Source of the DNA: Patescibacteria group bacterium
GTDB lineage: Bacteria; Patescibacteriota; Dojkabacteria; GCA-002793355
NCBI GenBank assembly: GCA_016860985.1
Contig: BOKM01000001.1
Coordinates: forward strand, 92,185-156,184
DNA: 64,000 bases
Reading direction: 5' to 3'
Made by a program: the position numbers and the translations under genes. Positions 28,957 through 38,062 of the stretch are shown piece by piece. Position 1 is the first letter of the stretch. Every line of letters begins with the position of its first letter. The notes beneath the pieces were generated by a model. That model had not been told where the DNA came from. It ran no database searches and was given only the letters and a program-made list of their open reading frames with translations.

Positions 28957-30649
28957 ATATTTTCATCCATAGGGGAAGTACCGTTAAGTTCGCTAAATCG
29001 CCCTTTCTTGGATTTTCAATTTTTACTAACATAATAAAGCGAGCATCTATGGCCGGAGAAAAACCAACGAAGGTTACATTTACTCTATCCTCGTAATAAC
29101 CGGACGTATCTGCTCGTGCGACCTGGGCTGTACCAGTTTTACCGGCTATACTGTATACACCTTTATATTTTGCCATATCTTTGCGAGTAAATGTTGCATA
29201 TTCCATCATTTTTGCTACTTTATCTGCAGTTTCAGGTGTAAATATTTGGCCCGCACTTGAGGGCTTAATAATGATTTCCTCTTCGTTGTTATATATCTTT
29301 TTTACAAGCATTGGCTGCATTCGTTCCCCATGATTTGCAAGAGCAGAAAGTGCCGATGCCACCTGCAATGGCGTTGCTGAAATTGCTTGACCATACGAAG
29401 TAGTTGCAATATCGATTTTTAACCACTTATCTGGTGTCTTGAGAAAACTGGTTTCCTCTTCGTGAATGCCGATACTAGAAGAAGCACCAATCCCCAATTT
29501 AAGTAGGTAATCGTACATTGAAGCTGCACCAACTGACAACCCATACGTTGCAGCACAAATGTTATCAGAATACTGAAGAGTTTCTTTTGGCGTTATCTTT
29601 CCATACTTAACGAAGTTAAAGTTGTAGATTGTCTTATCATCCATTTTTAACTTTCCAGTATCGTTACAAATATCATCTTCATCTAGTTTTCCATCGTCCA
29701 TTGCCATTGCAATGGTAAGTGGTTTTTGTACTGACCCATATTCATACGGACTCGAAACAACCTTGTTGCGAAAAACCGATACATTCTTAATCTTCCAGAA
29801 CTCATTAGGGTCATAATCAGGATAATTAGCCATTGCGATTATCTCACCCGTTTTTGGTGCAAGAATTATCACACTTCCCGCATCTGCTCGCTGCTCTTGC
29901 ACGCCTTCTTCGAGTAATTTTTCAACCTTTTTCTGAATTCCTGAGTTGACAGTTAGAACAATGTTTTTACCTTCACGGTATTGAACGTTTTTGTATTGCT
30001 TACTGATAATCGCCTTTCCACTTAAATCTTTTTCCTGCTGACTTGCACCTTCTTTCCCTTTTATATCACCCCAAAAAAAGCCTTCAATTCCATAATTACC
30101 TTTTGGCCGCCCGAAACTGTCTGTACCCACATACCCAATAATATGTGAAAACAGCTCACCATTCGGATACAACCTCTTTATTGAGTCCTCGGTATATACT
30201 CCAAGTAGCTTTTTTTCTTCCAAAATTTCTCGTTGCCGCTTATTAATTCCTCGATAGATAACTTGGTAGGTTAACCTATTATCGTTAAATCCCGAAGTTA
30301 ATTCTTCGACCTCTACATCAAGCACGGACGAAATTTCTTGAAAAATTGTAGCTTTTTCCTTTAAAAATTTTGCCTGATCAACTCCATTTGTTAATGAAAT
30401 TATCACATTCCAAGAAGGGCTATCGACCGCAAGCACAACACCATCTTGAGTATAGATGGTACCTCGTTTGGTAAACACGTCCTGTTCTGAGTTTAACTGT
30501 GCAGAGGCAAGCGCACTAAAGCGCTCGTAACTACCTACCTGCCAGCGAAATAACTGAACCACAACAAGGAGAAACAACAAAACGATTGAACCAAAAACAA
30601 AAGTCGGAAAATCAATTCTTTTACTAGTAGGAACTTTTTTATTATTCAT
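28913..30649 (-). CDS. ftsI: Class B penicillin-binding protein (FtsI/PBP2-type transpeptidase)
   Basis: An N-terminal TM is present. The transpeptidase motifs are SVQKP (S-x-x-K), YSDN (S-x-N-like) and KTGTA. Confidence 0.85.
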   Translation of the reverse strand: MNNKKVPTSKRIDFPTFVFGSIVLLFLLVVVQLFRWQVGSYERFSALASAQLNSEQDVFTKRGTIYTQDGVVLAVDSPSWNVIISLTNGVDQAKFLKEKATIFQEISSVLDVEVEELTSGFNDNRLTYQVIYRGINKRQREILEEKKLLGVYTEDSIKRLYPNGELFSHIIGYVGTDSFGRPKGNYGIEGFFWGDIKGKEGASQQEKDLSGKAIISKQYKNVQYREGKNIVLTVNSGIQKKVEKLLEEGVQEQRADAGSVIILAPKTGEIIAMANYPDYDPNEFWKIKNVSVFRNKVVSSPYEYGSVQKPLTIAMAMDDGKLDEDDICNDTGKLKMDDKTIYNFNFVKYGKITPKETLQYSDNICAATYGLSVGAASMYDYLLKLGIGASSSIGIHEEETSFLKTPDKWLKIDIATTSYGQAISATPLQVASALSALANHGERMQPMLVKKIYNNEEEIIIKPSSAGQIFTPETADKVAKMMEYATFTRKDMAKYKGVYSIAGKTGTAQVARADTSGYYEDRVNVTFVGFSPAIDARFIMLVKIENPRKGDLANLTVLPLWMKIFDTIKDDLGVPRIK

Positions 30650-30983
30650 TGCTACTAATTACTTGAGAACCTGGATTCACATACAACACTTTGCTTGGCG
30701 ACGTGACATACCCAGCTGCTCTTTCGGCGACCAAAAACTTACTAGAACGAAGTATAGCATTTTGCTCTTCATAATCTAGATAAGTTGTATTGAGCATTCT
30801 ACTTTGAGAATCCATTACACCTACCATTTGGGCAACAGGTTCATAACGCGCAGCTACTACGAATTGAGTCAACACAAGTGCACATGTGAGAAGAAATGCA
30901 GTTACATTGAAAATGTTTGATGAATTCGTCTTTGAGATATTACTTTGCATGTTTGATTGTGTACAATTTAGCACTTCGCGCAC
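30642..30983 (-). CDS. ftsL: FtsL-like small bitopic division protein
   Basis: The gene sits between rsmH and ftsI. It has a single TM and a short ectodomain. Confidence 0.45.
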   Translation of the reverse strand: MREVLNCTQSNMQSNISKTNSSNIFNVTAFLLTCALVLTQFVVAARYEPVAQMVGVMDSQSRMLNTTYLDYEEQNAILRSSKFLVAERAAGYVTSPSKVLYVNPGSQVISSNE

Positions 30984-31911
30984 GTGGATTTACGCGTATT
31001 TCTTTGGCAGAAGGCAGAATGATCTCTGCTTTTGCTCTTACTGTTTGCAAAAAATGATTAACAACTTGCTCCTCGGCACTGTGGTACGTCATAACCAGAA
31101 GTACACCACCAGGTAACAAGCGAGAAAATGCGACTGGGAGGACTTCCTGCAAGTTCCGTAACTCTGTATTCACTGCGATACGCAGAGCAAGAAACAGCAA
31201 GGTTGCGGGATGAATCCTCCCTTTTGAGTTAGCTCGTATTGGGACTACTTTATAAGCAATATCCGTAAGTCTCTTAATATCATTCGAATTGCCAAAGGCC
31301 TTCTCTGTTCTTGCGTTTAAAATTTCATGTGTCAGCTTTGCCGCCAGAGGACCTGGCATTCCGACAGTGTCCCTAAATAAGGAGGCCATTTTCTTATAGG
31401 TAAGAAGGTTCAATAAATCATAAGCAGCTACAGCATACAAATCTGGGCTCATTCGCATATCTACTTTACCGCTTCCCGTAAAACTAAATCCTCTTTGTTT
31501 TTGTACAAGCTGTCGTGATGAAATACCGAGATCTAACAACATTGCAGCTATTGAATTACCGTAGCCAGTTTTTTTGGAAATTGAATCTAATATCTGCGGT
31601 AGGTGCGCAAAATTGTCTTTCGCAACAATCCACTTTGTGCTTGAATCAGCAGACTCTAATAGTGTTGGTGCGGTTTTTCCTTGAGTTTGGAATGCTTCAA
31701 GTCCAGAAAAGTCCCAATCGATACTCAATAGTCTATTTGCATCAAAAGCATTCACTCGTTTTTCAAATATTGCAGAAGAATGTCCACCGTCACCAAAGGT
31801 TCCATCAACGATCCATCCTTGTTTAGGGGCGACGGCAATTTCATCCAGCGTTTCCTGCAACAAAACTGGCTTGTGATATATTTTTTTGGCTGCAGATACA
31901 GTTGTATTCAT
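30940..31911 (-). CDS. rsmH: 16S rRNA (cytosine1402-N4)-methyltransferase RsmH/MraW
   Basis: The motifs HKPVLLQETLD and VDGTFGDGGHS are present. Confidence 0.9.
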   Translation of the reverse strand: MNTTVSAAKKIYHKPVLLQETLDEIAVAPKQGWIVDGTFGDGGHSSAIFEKRVNAFDANRLLSIDWDFSGLEAFQTQGKTAPTLLESADSSTKWIVAKDNFAHLPQILDSISKKTGYGNSIAAMLLDLGISSRQLVQKQRGFSFTGSGKVDMRMSPDLYAVAAYDLLNLLTYKKMASLFRDTVGMPGPLAAKLTHEILNARTEKAFGNSNDIKRLTDIAYKVVPIRANSKGRIHPATLLFLALRIAVNTELRNLQEVLPVAFSRLLPGGVLLVMTYHSAEEQVVNHFLQTVRAKAEIILPSAKEIRVNPRARSAKLYTIKHAK

Positions 31912-31912
31912 G

Positions 31913-32392
31913 TTACGATGATTCCTTTACTGAAATAAGCTCCTGTGCAATGCCATCGGCATTTTCTTCAAGATATGCAGCGCGTTCGTCCCATCGGTTT
32001 TTCTCCCACACTTCGACCCAATTCACGAGGCCGACAAAGACAACTTCCTTTTCTTTTCTGTCAGAATATACCGTATCAGCATATTTTCTAAGAGTTTCAG
32101 GTACAACAATTCGGCCTTGAGAATCTGACGACATCTCGAATGCGCTACCTACAAGAAAACGTAGTGACTCTCGAGCATTTCTATCCAAGAATGAGCGATT
32201 CTCCATAGGTTCAATAAGTTTTTCCCACGACTGCTCTGGGACAATAAGCAAACAACCTTCATACCCTTTGGTTACGACGAACTTATCACCAAGCTTTTTT
32301 CTTAAATACGAAGGAAGTGCAATTCGATGACCTGCTACAACTTTTCCCGTGTACTCTCCAATGAGTTTTGCAGATTCACCAGTTTTCACCAT
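31913..32392 (-). CDS. mraZ: Transcriptional regulator MraZ
   Basis: The two MraZ half-domains are present (GEYTGKVVAGHRIALP...). It is the first gene of the dcw cluster. Confidence 0.85.
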   Translation of the reverse strand: MVKTGESAKLIGEYTGKVVAGHRIALPSYLRKKLGDKFVVTKGYEGCLLIVPEQSWEKLIEPMENRSFLDRNARESLRFLVGSAFEMSSDSQGRIVVPETLRKYADTVYSDRKEKEVVFVGLVNWVEVWEKNRWDERAAYLEENADGIAQELISVKESS

Positions 32393-32468
32393 ACTTCACC
32401 ATTGTAACTCGATTTTTATTGTTTGTAAAGTACTTATTCGCTCAAAATACAATAAAAAGTGAAGAATT

Positions 32469-32966
32469 TTACGTTAGCCTTTTACGGAGTAATTCATAAA
32501 TCGAAATACTCGTGGCTTCGGCGACATTAAGCGAGTTCTTAGCCCCATTCATGGGCAATTGCACAAGGACAGGTAGCGTCATAAGCAGTTCAGCATCCAA
32601 ACCAGTTACTTCATTCCCGATATAAAGGAAAATCGGCATTTTAGGTGGTTCCCATTCAAATATAGAAATTGCACGTGGTGAAAGTTCTAGACCTACATGA
32701 ACAACGTTTTTAACTGCAAGCAATTGTTCCAATTGCGCTTCACACCAAGGTACTGAGGCTGCTGCTCCCAGTGCTGTTTTATCGACTTTCGGATGAATTG
32801 GAGAGGGCGTATACCCTGCTGTTACGACTGCCGTATTTCCTGCACCATCTGCCGTTCGCAAAATTGCACCGACGTTATACGCTGAACGGATATTACAGGC
32901 AATAACATATAGTTGAATTGAGCTGTTTTGCAAGAGACTCTCTATCGTTTGGCTTCCTTCACTCAT
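32469..32966 (-). CDS. SPOUT-class (SpoU/TrmH/TrmL-family) RNA 2'-O-methyltransferase
   Basis: The SPOUT motifs NVGAILRTADGAG, GNEVTGL and PMNGAKNSLNVAEA are present. Confidence 0.7.
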   Translation of the reverse strand: MSEGSQTIESLLQNSSIQLYVIACNIRSAYNVGAILRTADGAGNTAVVTAGYTPSPIHPKVDKTALGAAASVPWCEAQLEQLLAVKNVVHVGLELSPRAISIFEWEPPKMPIFLYIGNEVTGLDAELLMTLPVLVQLPMNGAKNSLNVAEATSISIYELLRKRLT

Positions 32967-35040
32967 AAACGGATTTTAACTGAAAAAGCTCATTTTGTGA
33001 ACCTTTATGCAGCTTGTAAATTGGATAAAGCTCCATTGCTTCTTCTACTTCTGAAACATTAGTAAGTGAGGCGACCCTAAGTTCAGTGCTTCCTGCTTGC
33101 TGCAATCCAAGTATAGTGCCACTTCCTCTTGACTTAAGGTCATACTCTGCAACATCAATGCCTTTTGAGTGAGTGCAAAAATACTCAAGCCGCTCCATCG
33201 CTGTGTCCGAGGCTTCAGAAGAAAAGAGCAGACAAAAACTCTGTTTATTTGACCTACCTACCCTTCCTCGTAACTGATGAAGCTGCGCAAGTCCAAATAA
33301 ATCCGCACCATGAACTCCGATTACTGTTGCCCCCGGAGCGTCAACTCCTACTTCGATAACCGAGGTAGAAAATAACACTTGAATTTCACCCTGTCGAAAT
33401 TTTTCCATAATCTCATTCTTTTCGTTATCTTTCATTCCTCCATACAACAATGCACTCGTCACACCAGAGAAATACTCTGTTTTTAACTGATCTGCCATTT
33501 CAAGTAACGATTGCTTCTCACCACCCTCTTCGGCGAAAATCCTTGGGAAAACAAGATACGCTTGCTCTCCCTTATCAATTCTAGCGCGCATCCATCGATA
33601 AGTTAGATCTTCTTTACCGTATGGCACTACTTTTGAAACGATTTCTTTTCGCCCAATCGGCTTTTGAGAAAGAATCTCTGTCGAAGAAAAGTTTAAAAAT
33701 GAAAGCGCAAGACTTCGGGGAATAGGCGTAGCGGAAAGTGTAATAAGATATCTGCCACTCGACTGAAGCGACATTCGCTGTTCGACGCCAAAACGATGCT
33801 GCTCATCAATACACACGAACTTTACTTTTGAATTTTTTATTAATTCTTTGGTATGTAAAATTGCCTGAGTTCCAAAAACTACTTGCCCTGCTTGTTCAGA
33901 AAAAGCTTTCCGCTTTCCTGATATAAATGAGATTATAATTTCTGGATCACCAATAAGTTCGAGTAACTTCTGTGCCACTTGCTCATGCTGTTGTGCAAGA
34001 ATGACAGTCGGTGCAACAACGAGAGAAATATGCCCCAGTTTGGCGTAGGCGAAAGCAAAGAGATGAGCGATTATTGTTTTGCCACTTCCGACATCACCGT
34101 AAACCAATGTGTCTAATGTTCCATCTCGCTCAATTACAAGAAGAAGGTTATTCAAAACCTCTTTTTGCGAATCGGTAAGCGTAAAACTAAGCTTAGGAAT
34201 CCACATACCAAAGAGTTTTGCACATGCACGTGCAATGTTCTTCCCTTCACTATTACTTGTACTTGAAATTTCTCTGTGTACTGTTTTCGCTTCGTAACAT
34301 TCTTTTAGTTGATGCAATTCTTGAATGGCAATTCGACGCTTAGCAGGCAAAAGGGCTGATAGTTGCTGCGGCGAGTGTAATGTTACGAGTGCTTCACCAA
34401 GTGATGGTAACCCCTTTTCATTTAAAGTATCTAACGGCAAAGGATCAACCAAAGCAGCGTCAGGTAAAAGTTTTGAGATAAATGAATGAATATAGGTACT
34501 TGTAAGTGTTTTAATCCTTCTGTAGATAGGTGTTATCCTTCCGAGTTTTTTTAGCTCACCTCTCTCTGAATAACTTTCAAATTTAGGGGAATTAAATTGA
34601 AGCGTCGCCCCTTCTTTTTTCACTTTTCCAAACAATACATATTCTAAACCTTGCTGAATCTCGTTCTGAATATACGACTGGTTAAACCACAGTGCCTTTA
34701 TCTTTTTACCATCAGTCTTATCAATAAAAGTTGCAGTAATAAGAGTAATTCCTCGCTTTGTCCTTATAACGGAACACTTTTCAGCGGTACATTTTACGGC
34801 TATCTTTACAACAGTTGACTTCCATTCTGGCTGTTTTTGTACAAAATCATATACCTGACTAATTGTGAGAATCTGAGAAGAATCTTCGTATGTATAGGGG
34901 AGATATATTAACAGCTCACGAACGTGATGGATTCCTGCAGCAGTTAGCAACGATTGCCTTTGAGGCCCAATACCTTTTACAACACTTATCGAGTCTGCAA
35001 GCTGCATGCTAGCTAAACACAATAAGTAAAGGAAGCGCAA
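32959..35040 (-). CDS. recG: ATP-dependent DNA helicase RecG; the probable start is the internal MQLADSI...
   Basis: The Walker A motif GDVGSGKT, the DExH-type motif CIDEQHRFG, the TATPIPR motif and the HQLRGRVGR motif are all present. Confidence 0.85.
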   Translation of the reverse strand: MRFLYLLCLASMQLADSISVVKGIGPQRQSLLTAAGIHHVRELLIYLPYTYEDSSQILTISQVYDFVQKQPEWKSTVVKIAVKCTAEKCSVIRTKRGITLITATFIDKTDGKKIKALWFNQSYIQNEIQQGLEYVLFGKVKKEGATLQFNSPKFESYSERGELKKLGRITPIYRRIKTLTSTYIHSFISKLLPDAALVDPLPLDTLNEKGLPSLGEALVTLHSPQQLSALLPAKRRIAIQELHQLKECYEAKTVHREISSTSNSEGKNIARACAKLFGMWIPKLSFTLTDSQKEVLNNLLLVIERDGTLDTLVYGDVGSGKTIIAHLFAFAYAKLGHISLVVAPTVILAQQHEQVAQKLLELIGDPEIIISFISGKRKAFSEQAGQVVFGTQAILHTKELIKNSKVKFVCIDEQHRFGVEQRMSLQSSGRYLITLSATPIPRSLALSFLNFSSTEILSQKPIGRKEIVSKVVPYGKEDLTYRWMRARIDKGEQAYLVFPRIFAEEGGEKQSLLEMADQLKTEYFSGVTSALLYGGMKDNEKNEIMEKFRQGEIQVLFSTSVIEVGVDAPGATVIGVHGADLFGLAQLHQLRGRVGRSNKQSFCLLFSSEASDTAMERLEYFCTHSKGIDVAEYDLKSRGSGTILGLQQAGSTELRVASLTNVSEVEEAMELYPIYKLHKGSQNELFQLKSVYE

Positions 35041-35266
35041 CCATTGAAAAAATTACTGCAATCGCAAAAAGGAGAAGTAAAAACTGCCGTGTTCTCTTTT
35101 TTATTTCAAGAAACATTGCAGCTTGTTTTTTTGCTTTTTGTTCCTTAAGTAATAACACTTCTCTTTGTGAAAGATGCTTTGTATTGCTGTCGTGTGAATT
35201 ACTTACCCTTTCAAGTTGACTCGTCTGGGGTTGTATTGCAGACAACTTGCTCTTTTTGGATTTCAT
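35009..35266 (-). CDS. Possible small Lys-rich membrane protein with a C-terminal TM
   Basis: This is an ORF-track ORF with a C-terminal hydrophobic helix. There is no family evidence and it may be spurious. Confidence 0.2.
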   Translation of the reverse strand: MKSKKSKLSAIQPQTSQLERVSNSHDSNTKHLSQREVLLLKEQKAKKQAAMFLEIKKRTRQFLLLLFAIAVIFSMVALPLLIVFS

Positions 35267-35320
35267 AGTACCATTATAACATGGTGTTCGGCGCCTTTTT
35301 AGTTAAAAATATGAAATAGA

Positions 35321-37993
35321 ATGAATACAATGTCCCTGCATTCAAAACCAAAGCAACCTAAATCATTCCAATTTGTCGCAGTTAAAGCAGCACAAAAAGG
35401 TGCGCAAAAAAGAAGGAACGCTCAACACACCGGAAAGAAGATTTTCTTTACCCTACTCGGAATATTCTTCGGAATGTTCGTTATCGCAGGTATCGTTGGT
35501 GCGATTCTTGTTACAGGGTATGTCGGAACGATTAATGCCTCACTCCCAGATGCCGGAAAGCTTGCGACTCAAGACCTTGAACAAAGTACAAAGATTTACG
35601 ACAGAAAAGGAAAAATCCTTTATACAGTATATGGAGATATCAACCGAGAATTCGTAACACTCGATAAAATTCCTGAAAAAACTAAATGGGCACTTCTTGC
35701 GGCAGAAGACATAGAGTTCTATGAACATAAAGGCATAGATGTAACAGGAATTATTTCTGCAGGGCTCGACTACCTTCGTTCTGGGACCAGAAGCTCACGT
35801 GGAGCAAGTACCATTACTCAGCAGCTCGCACGAAACGTGGTACTTTATAAGGTACTTGGGTCAGATGCATATGATGTAAATGTAACCCGAAAACTAAAAG
35901 AAATGCTTATTGCATTCCAGCTCGAGAACAAACTTACAAAAGATCAAATTCTTGAGTTATACATGAACGAAGTAGCGCTAGGTGGAACTGTTTACGGCTT
36001 TCAAACTGCTTCACGTGCATACTTTAACAAAGACGTTGGACAGCTCTCACTTGCCGAAAGTGCGCTTCTTTCGGTAGTACCTCGATACCCTACCGGTTAT
36101 AGCAACGACCTCTACAATGGAGATTTTGAAGATGTACGGAAATATCGAGATATTGTTCTAGACCTCATGTTAAAGTACAAAGATAGAACAGGTGTCACAC
36201 AAGAAGAAGTTGACGCTGCAAAAAAGGAAGATATCGTTATTACCCCAGGAAAAGTAAATATTACAGCTCCGCATTTTGTGTTCTATGTCATTCAACAATT
36301 AGAAGCACAGTTTGGTATAGACGCAGTGCGGTCAGGCGGACTTCGTGTTTATACCACTCTTGATTTAGATACCCAAAAAGTAGCAGAAGAAGAACTCAGA
36401 AAGCACATCAACAATGTAAAAAATACTTATAAAGTGTACAACGGTTCTGTTGTGATTAATAATCCAAAAAATGGCGAAGTGCTTGCGATGGTCGGCTCCG
36501 TTGACTACAACAATACGAAAGATAAACGAGTTGACGGCAAGGTCAATGTCGCAGTTATGAATCGCCAAATGGGTTCTTCTGTTAAGCCCTATACGTACCT
36601 CGCTGCTATCCATAAAGGATACAACCCCGGAACCCTTGCTCCCGACATTAAGATGACCTTTGGAGCATATAAACCAGAGAACTGGAACTTTAAGTACGAC
36701 GGACTTTTAACAATGCGTCGAGCATTAAACCAATCACGCAACCTATCTGCGGTTTATACACTTCAAATGATTGGAGGCACAGACGTTTTTCTTGATACTG
36801 CAAAAGAACTCGGTATCACGACACTTACACAAAGAGATCGCTATGGCCTTTCGATTACACTAGGAGCAGGAGAAATGAAACTCATTGAGCATTCGAATGC
36901 ATATGCAGTATTTGCAAACAAAGGAAAGCGAAATGATATTTCTACTATCCAAAAAGTAACAGATGCAAAAGGTAACGAGTTGTATAAAAGCAATCCAGAG
37001 AAAACAGCAAAGAGAGTATATTCCGAAGAAGAAGTATACCTTTTGAACTGGATTATGTGCATGATGCCTCCAGGAGACAAAGATAAACACGTACCACAGT
37101 ACTATTCAGCTGCAGGTCAAACACTTTGCGGAAAAACAGGCACAACAAACGATCAAAAGGACTTGGTTACAATGCTCTACTACCCAAGACTTGTTGTTGG
37201 CGTTTGGACAGGAAACAATAACGGAGACAGAACCTACGGTTGGTCTGAAAATGTTCCAATTGTTATTGCCAATAACATCATGAAAAGACTCGTTCCAAAA
37301 TACGGCAAAGAATTCTATACTCAACCAGCCAACATCGGTTTTACAACAGTTTGTATTGACACAGGACTTACGGCAAGCGGGTCAGTCAACTGTAAGAAGT
37401 TCACTACCCCAATTATTAAAGGCAAAGGCCCAGCTGTCGACAATGCACACAAAACGCTTCCAATCTGTACCAAAACGGGTAAAATCGCGAGCAACGAATC
37501 AGAAGCAAGGGCTGCGGGCTTAGTGAAAGACACCCTTTACCTTGATTTCAAACTACCAAACTCAAGTCAACAAGCAGCTTACGACAAATACGTTACCGAA
37601 AAACTCAAGTATAAGCTTTGGAAAGATAAACCCGAAGAAGCACCTTGTTTGCCTGACGTTACTGTAGTGTTCCAAACTCCAATAGATGGAGCTTCTTATG
37701 AGCCTGGGGATAACATCAACGCTTCTGTACAAGCCTCTTCGCCCAGCGGAATTTATGCGGTTCAGTTTACCATTGGGTCAACAACCTACTCGAGTACTCT
37801 TGTTGGATTCAAATATGTTTGCGATGGATGTAAAGTCCCAAATGGTGCGAGTGCAGGCAACTTACAAATTACAGCAAAAGCAACAGATACAGCTGGTAGC
37901 ACTGGCACCTCAGTAAAAATTGTAACAGTTACTACTCCCACTCCAACTCCTACACCCTCAGGAACAGTAATCCCTACTCTCCCACTGCCATAA
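35321..37993 (+). CDS. Class A penicillin-binding protein (bifunctional glycosyltransferase/transpeptidase, PBP1A-type) with a C-terminal Ig-like/TPTPTP extension
   Basis: The GT51 motifs EDIEFYEHKGID and GASTITQQLARN are present. The transpeptidase motifs are SSVKP, SRN and KTGTT. Confidence 0.85.
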   Translation: MNTMSLHSKPKQPKSFQFVAVKAAQKGAQKRRNAQHTGKKIFFTLLGIFFGMFVIAGIVGAILVTGYVGTINASLPDAGKLATQDLEQSTKIYDRKGKILYTVYGDINREFVTLDKIPEKTKWALLAAEDIEFYEHKGIDVTGIISAGLDYLRSGTRSSRGASTITQQLARNVVLYKVLGSDAYDVNVTRKLKEMLIAFQLENKLTKDQILELYMNEVALGGTVYGFQTASRAYFNKDVGQLSLAESALLSVVPRYPTGYSNDLYNGDFEDVRKYRDIVLDLMLKYKDRTGVTQEEVDAAKKEDIVITPGKVNITAPHFVFYVIQQLEAQFGIDAVRSGGLRVYTTLDLDTQKVAEEELRKHINNVKNTYKVYNGSVVINNPKNGEVLAMVGSVDYNNTKDKRVDGKVNVAVMNRQMGSSVKPYTYLAAIHKGYNPGTLAPDIKMTFGAYKPENWNFKYDGLLTMRRALNQSRNLSAVYTLQMIGGTDVFLDTAKELGITTLTQRDRYGLSITLGAGEMKLIEHSNAYAVFANKGKRNDISTIQKVTDAKGNELYKSNPEKTAKRVYSEEEVYLLNWIMCMMPPGDKDKHVPQYYSAAGQTLCGKTGTTNDQKDLVTMLYYPRLVVGVWTGNNNGDRTYGWSENVPIVIANNIMKRLVPKYGKEFYTQPANIGFTTVCIDTGLTASGSVNCKKFTTPIIKGKGPAVDNAHKTLPICTKTGKIASNESEARAAGLVKDTLYLDFKLPNSSQQAAYDKYVTEKLKYKLWKDKPEEAPCLPDVTVVFQTPIDGASYEPGDNINASVQASSPSGIYAVQFTIGSTTYSSTLVGFKYVCDGCKVPNGASAGNLQITAKATDTAGSTGTSVKIVTVTTPTPTPTPSGTVIPTLPLP

Positions 37994-38062
37994 TAACGCA
38001 GTGCAAAAAACATATTGTGTAGAAGCTATATGCCTTGTCCTTAATAGAGAAATGACTATTAC

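Noticed and set aside
32393-32425. TTTACA-17-TACAAT promoter-like match upstream of mraZ
   Set aside because: The TACAAT hexamer overlaps the mraZ ATG itself, so it cannot serve as the -10 of a leadered transcript for this gene. No confident promoter call can be made from this alone.
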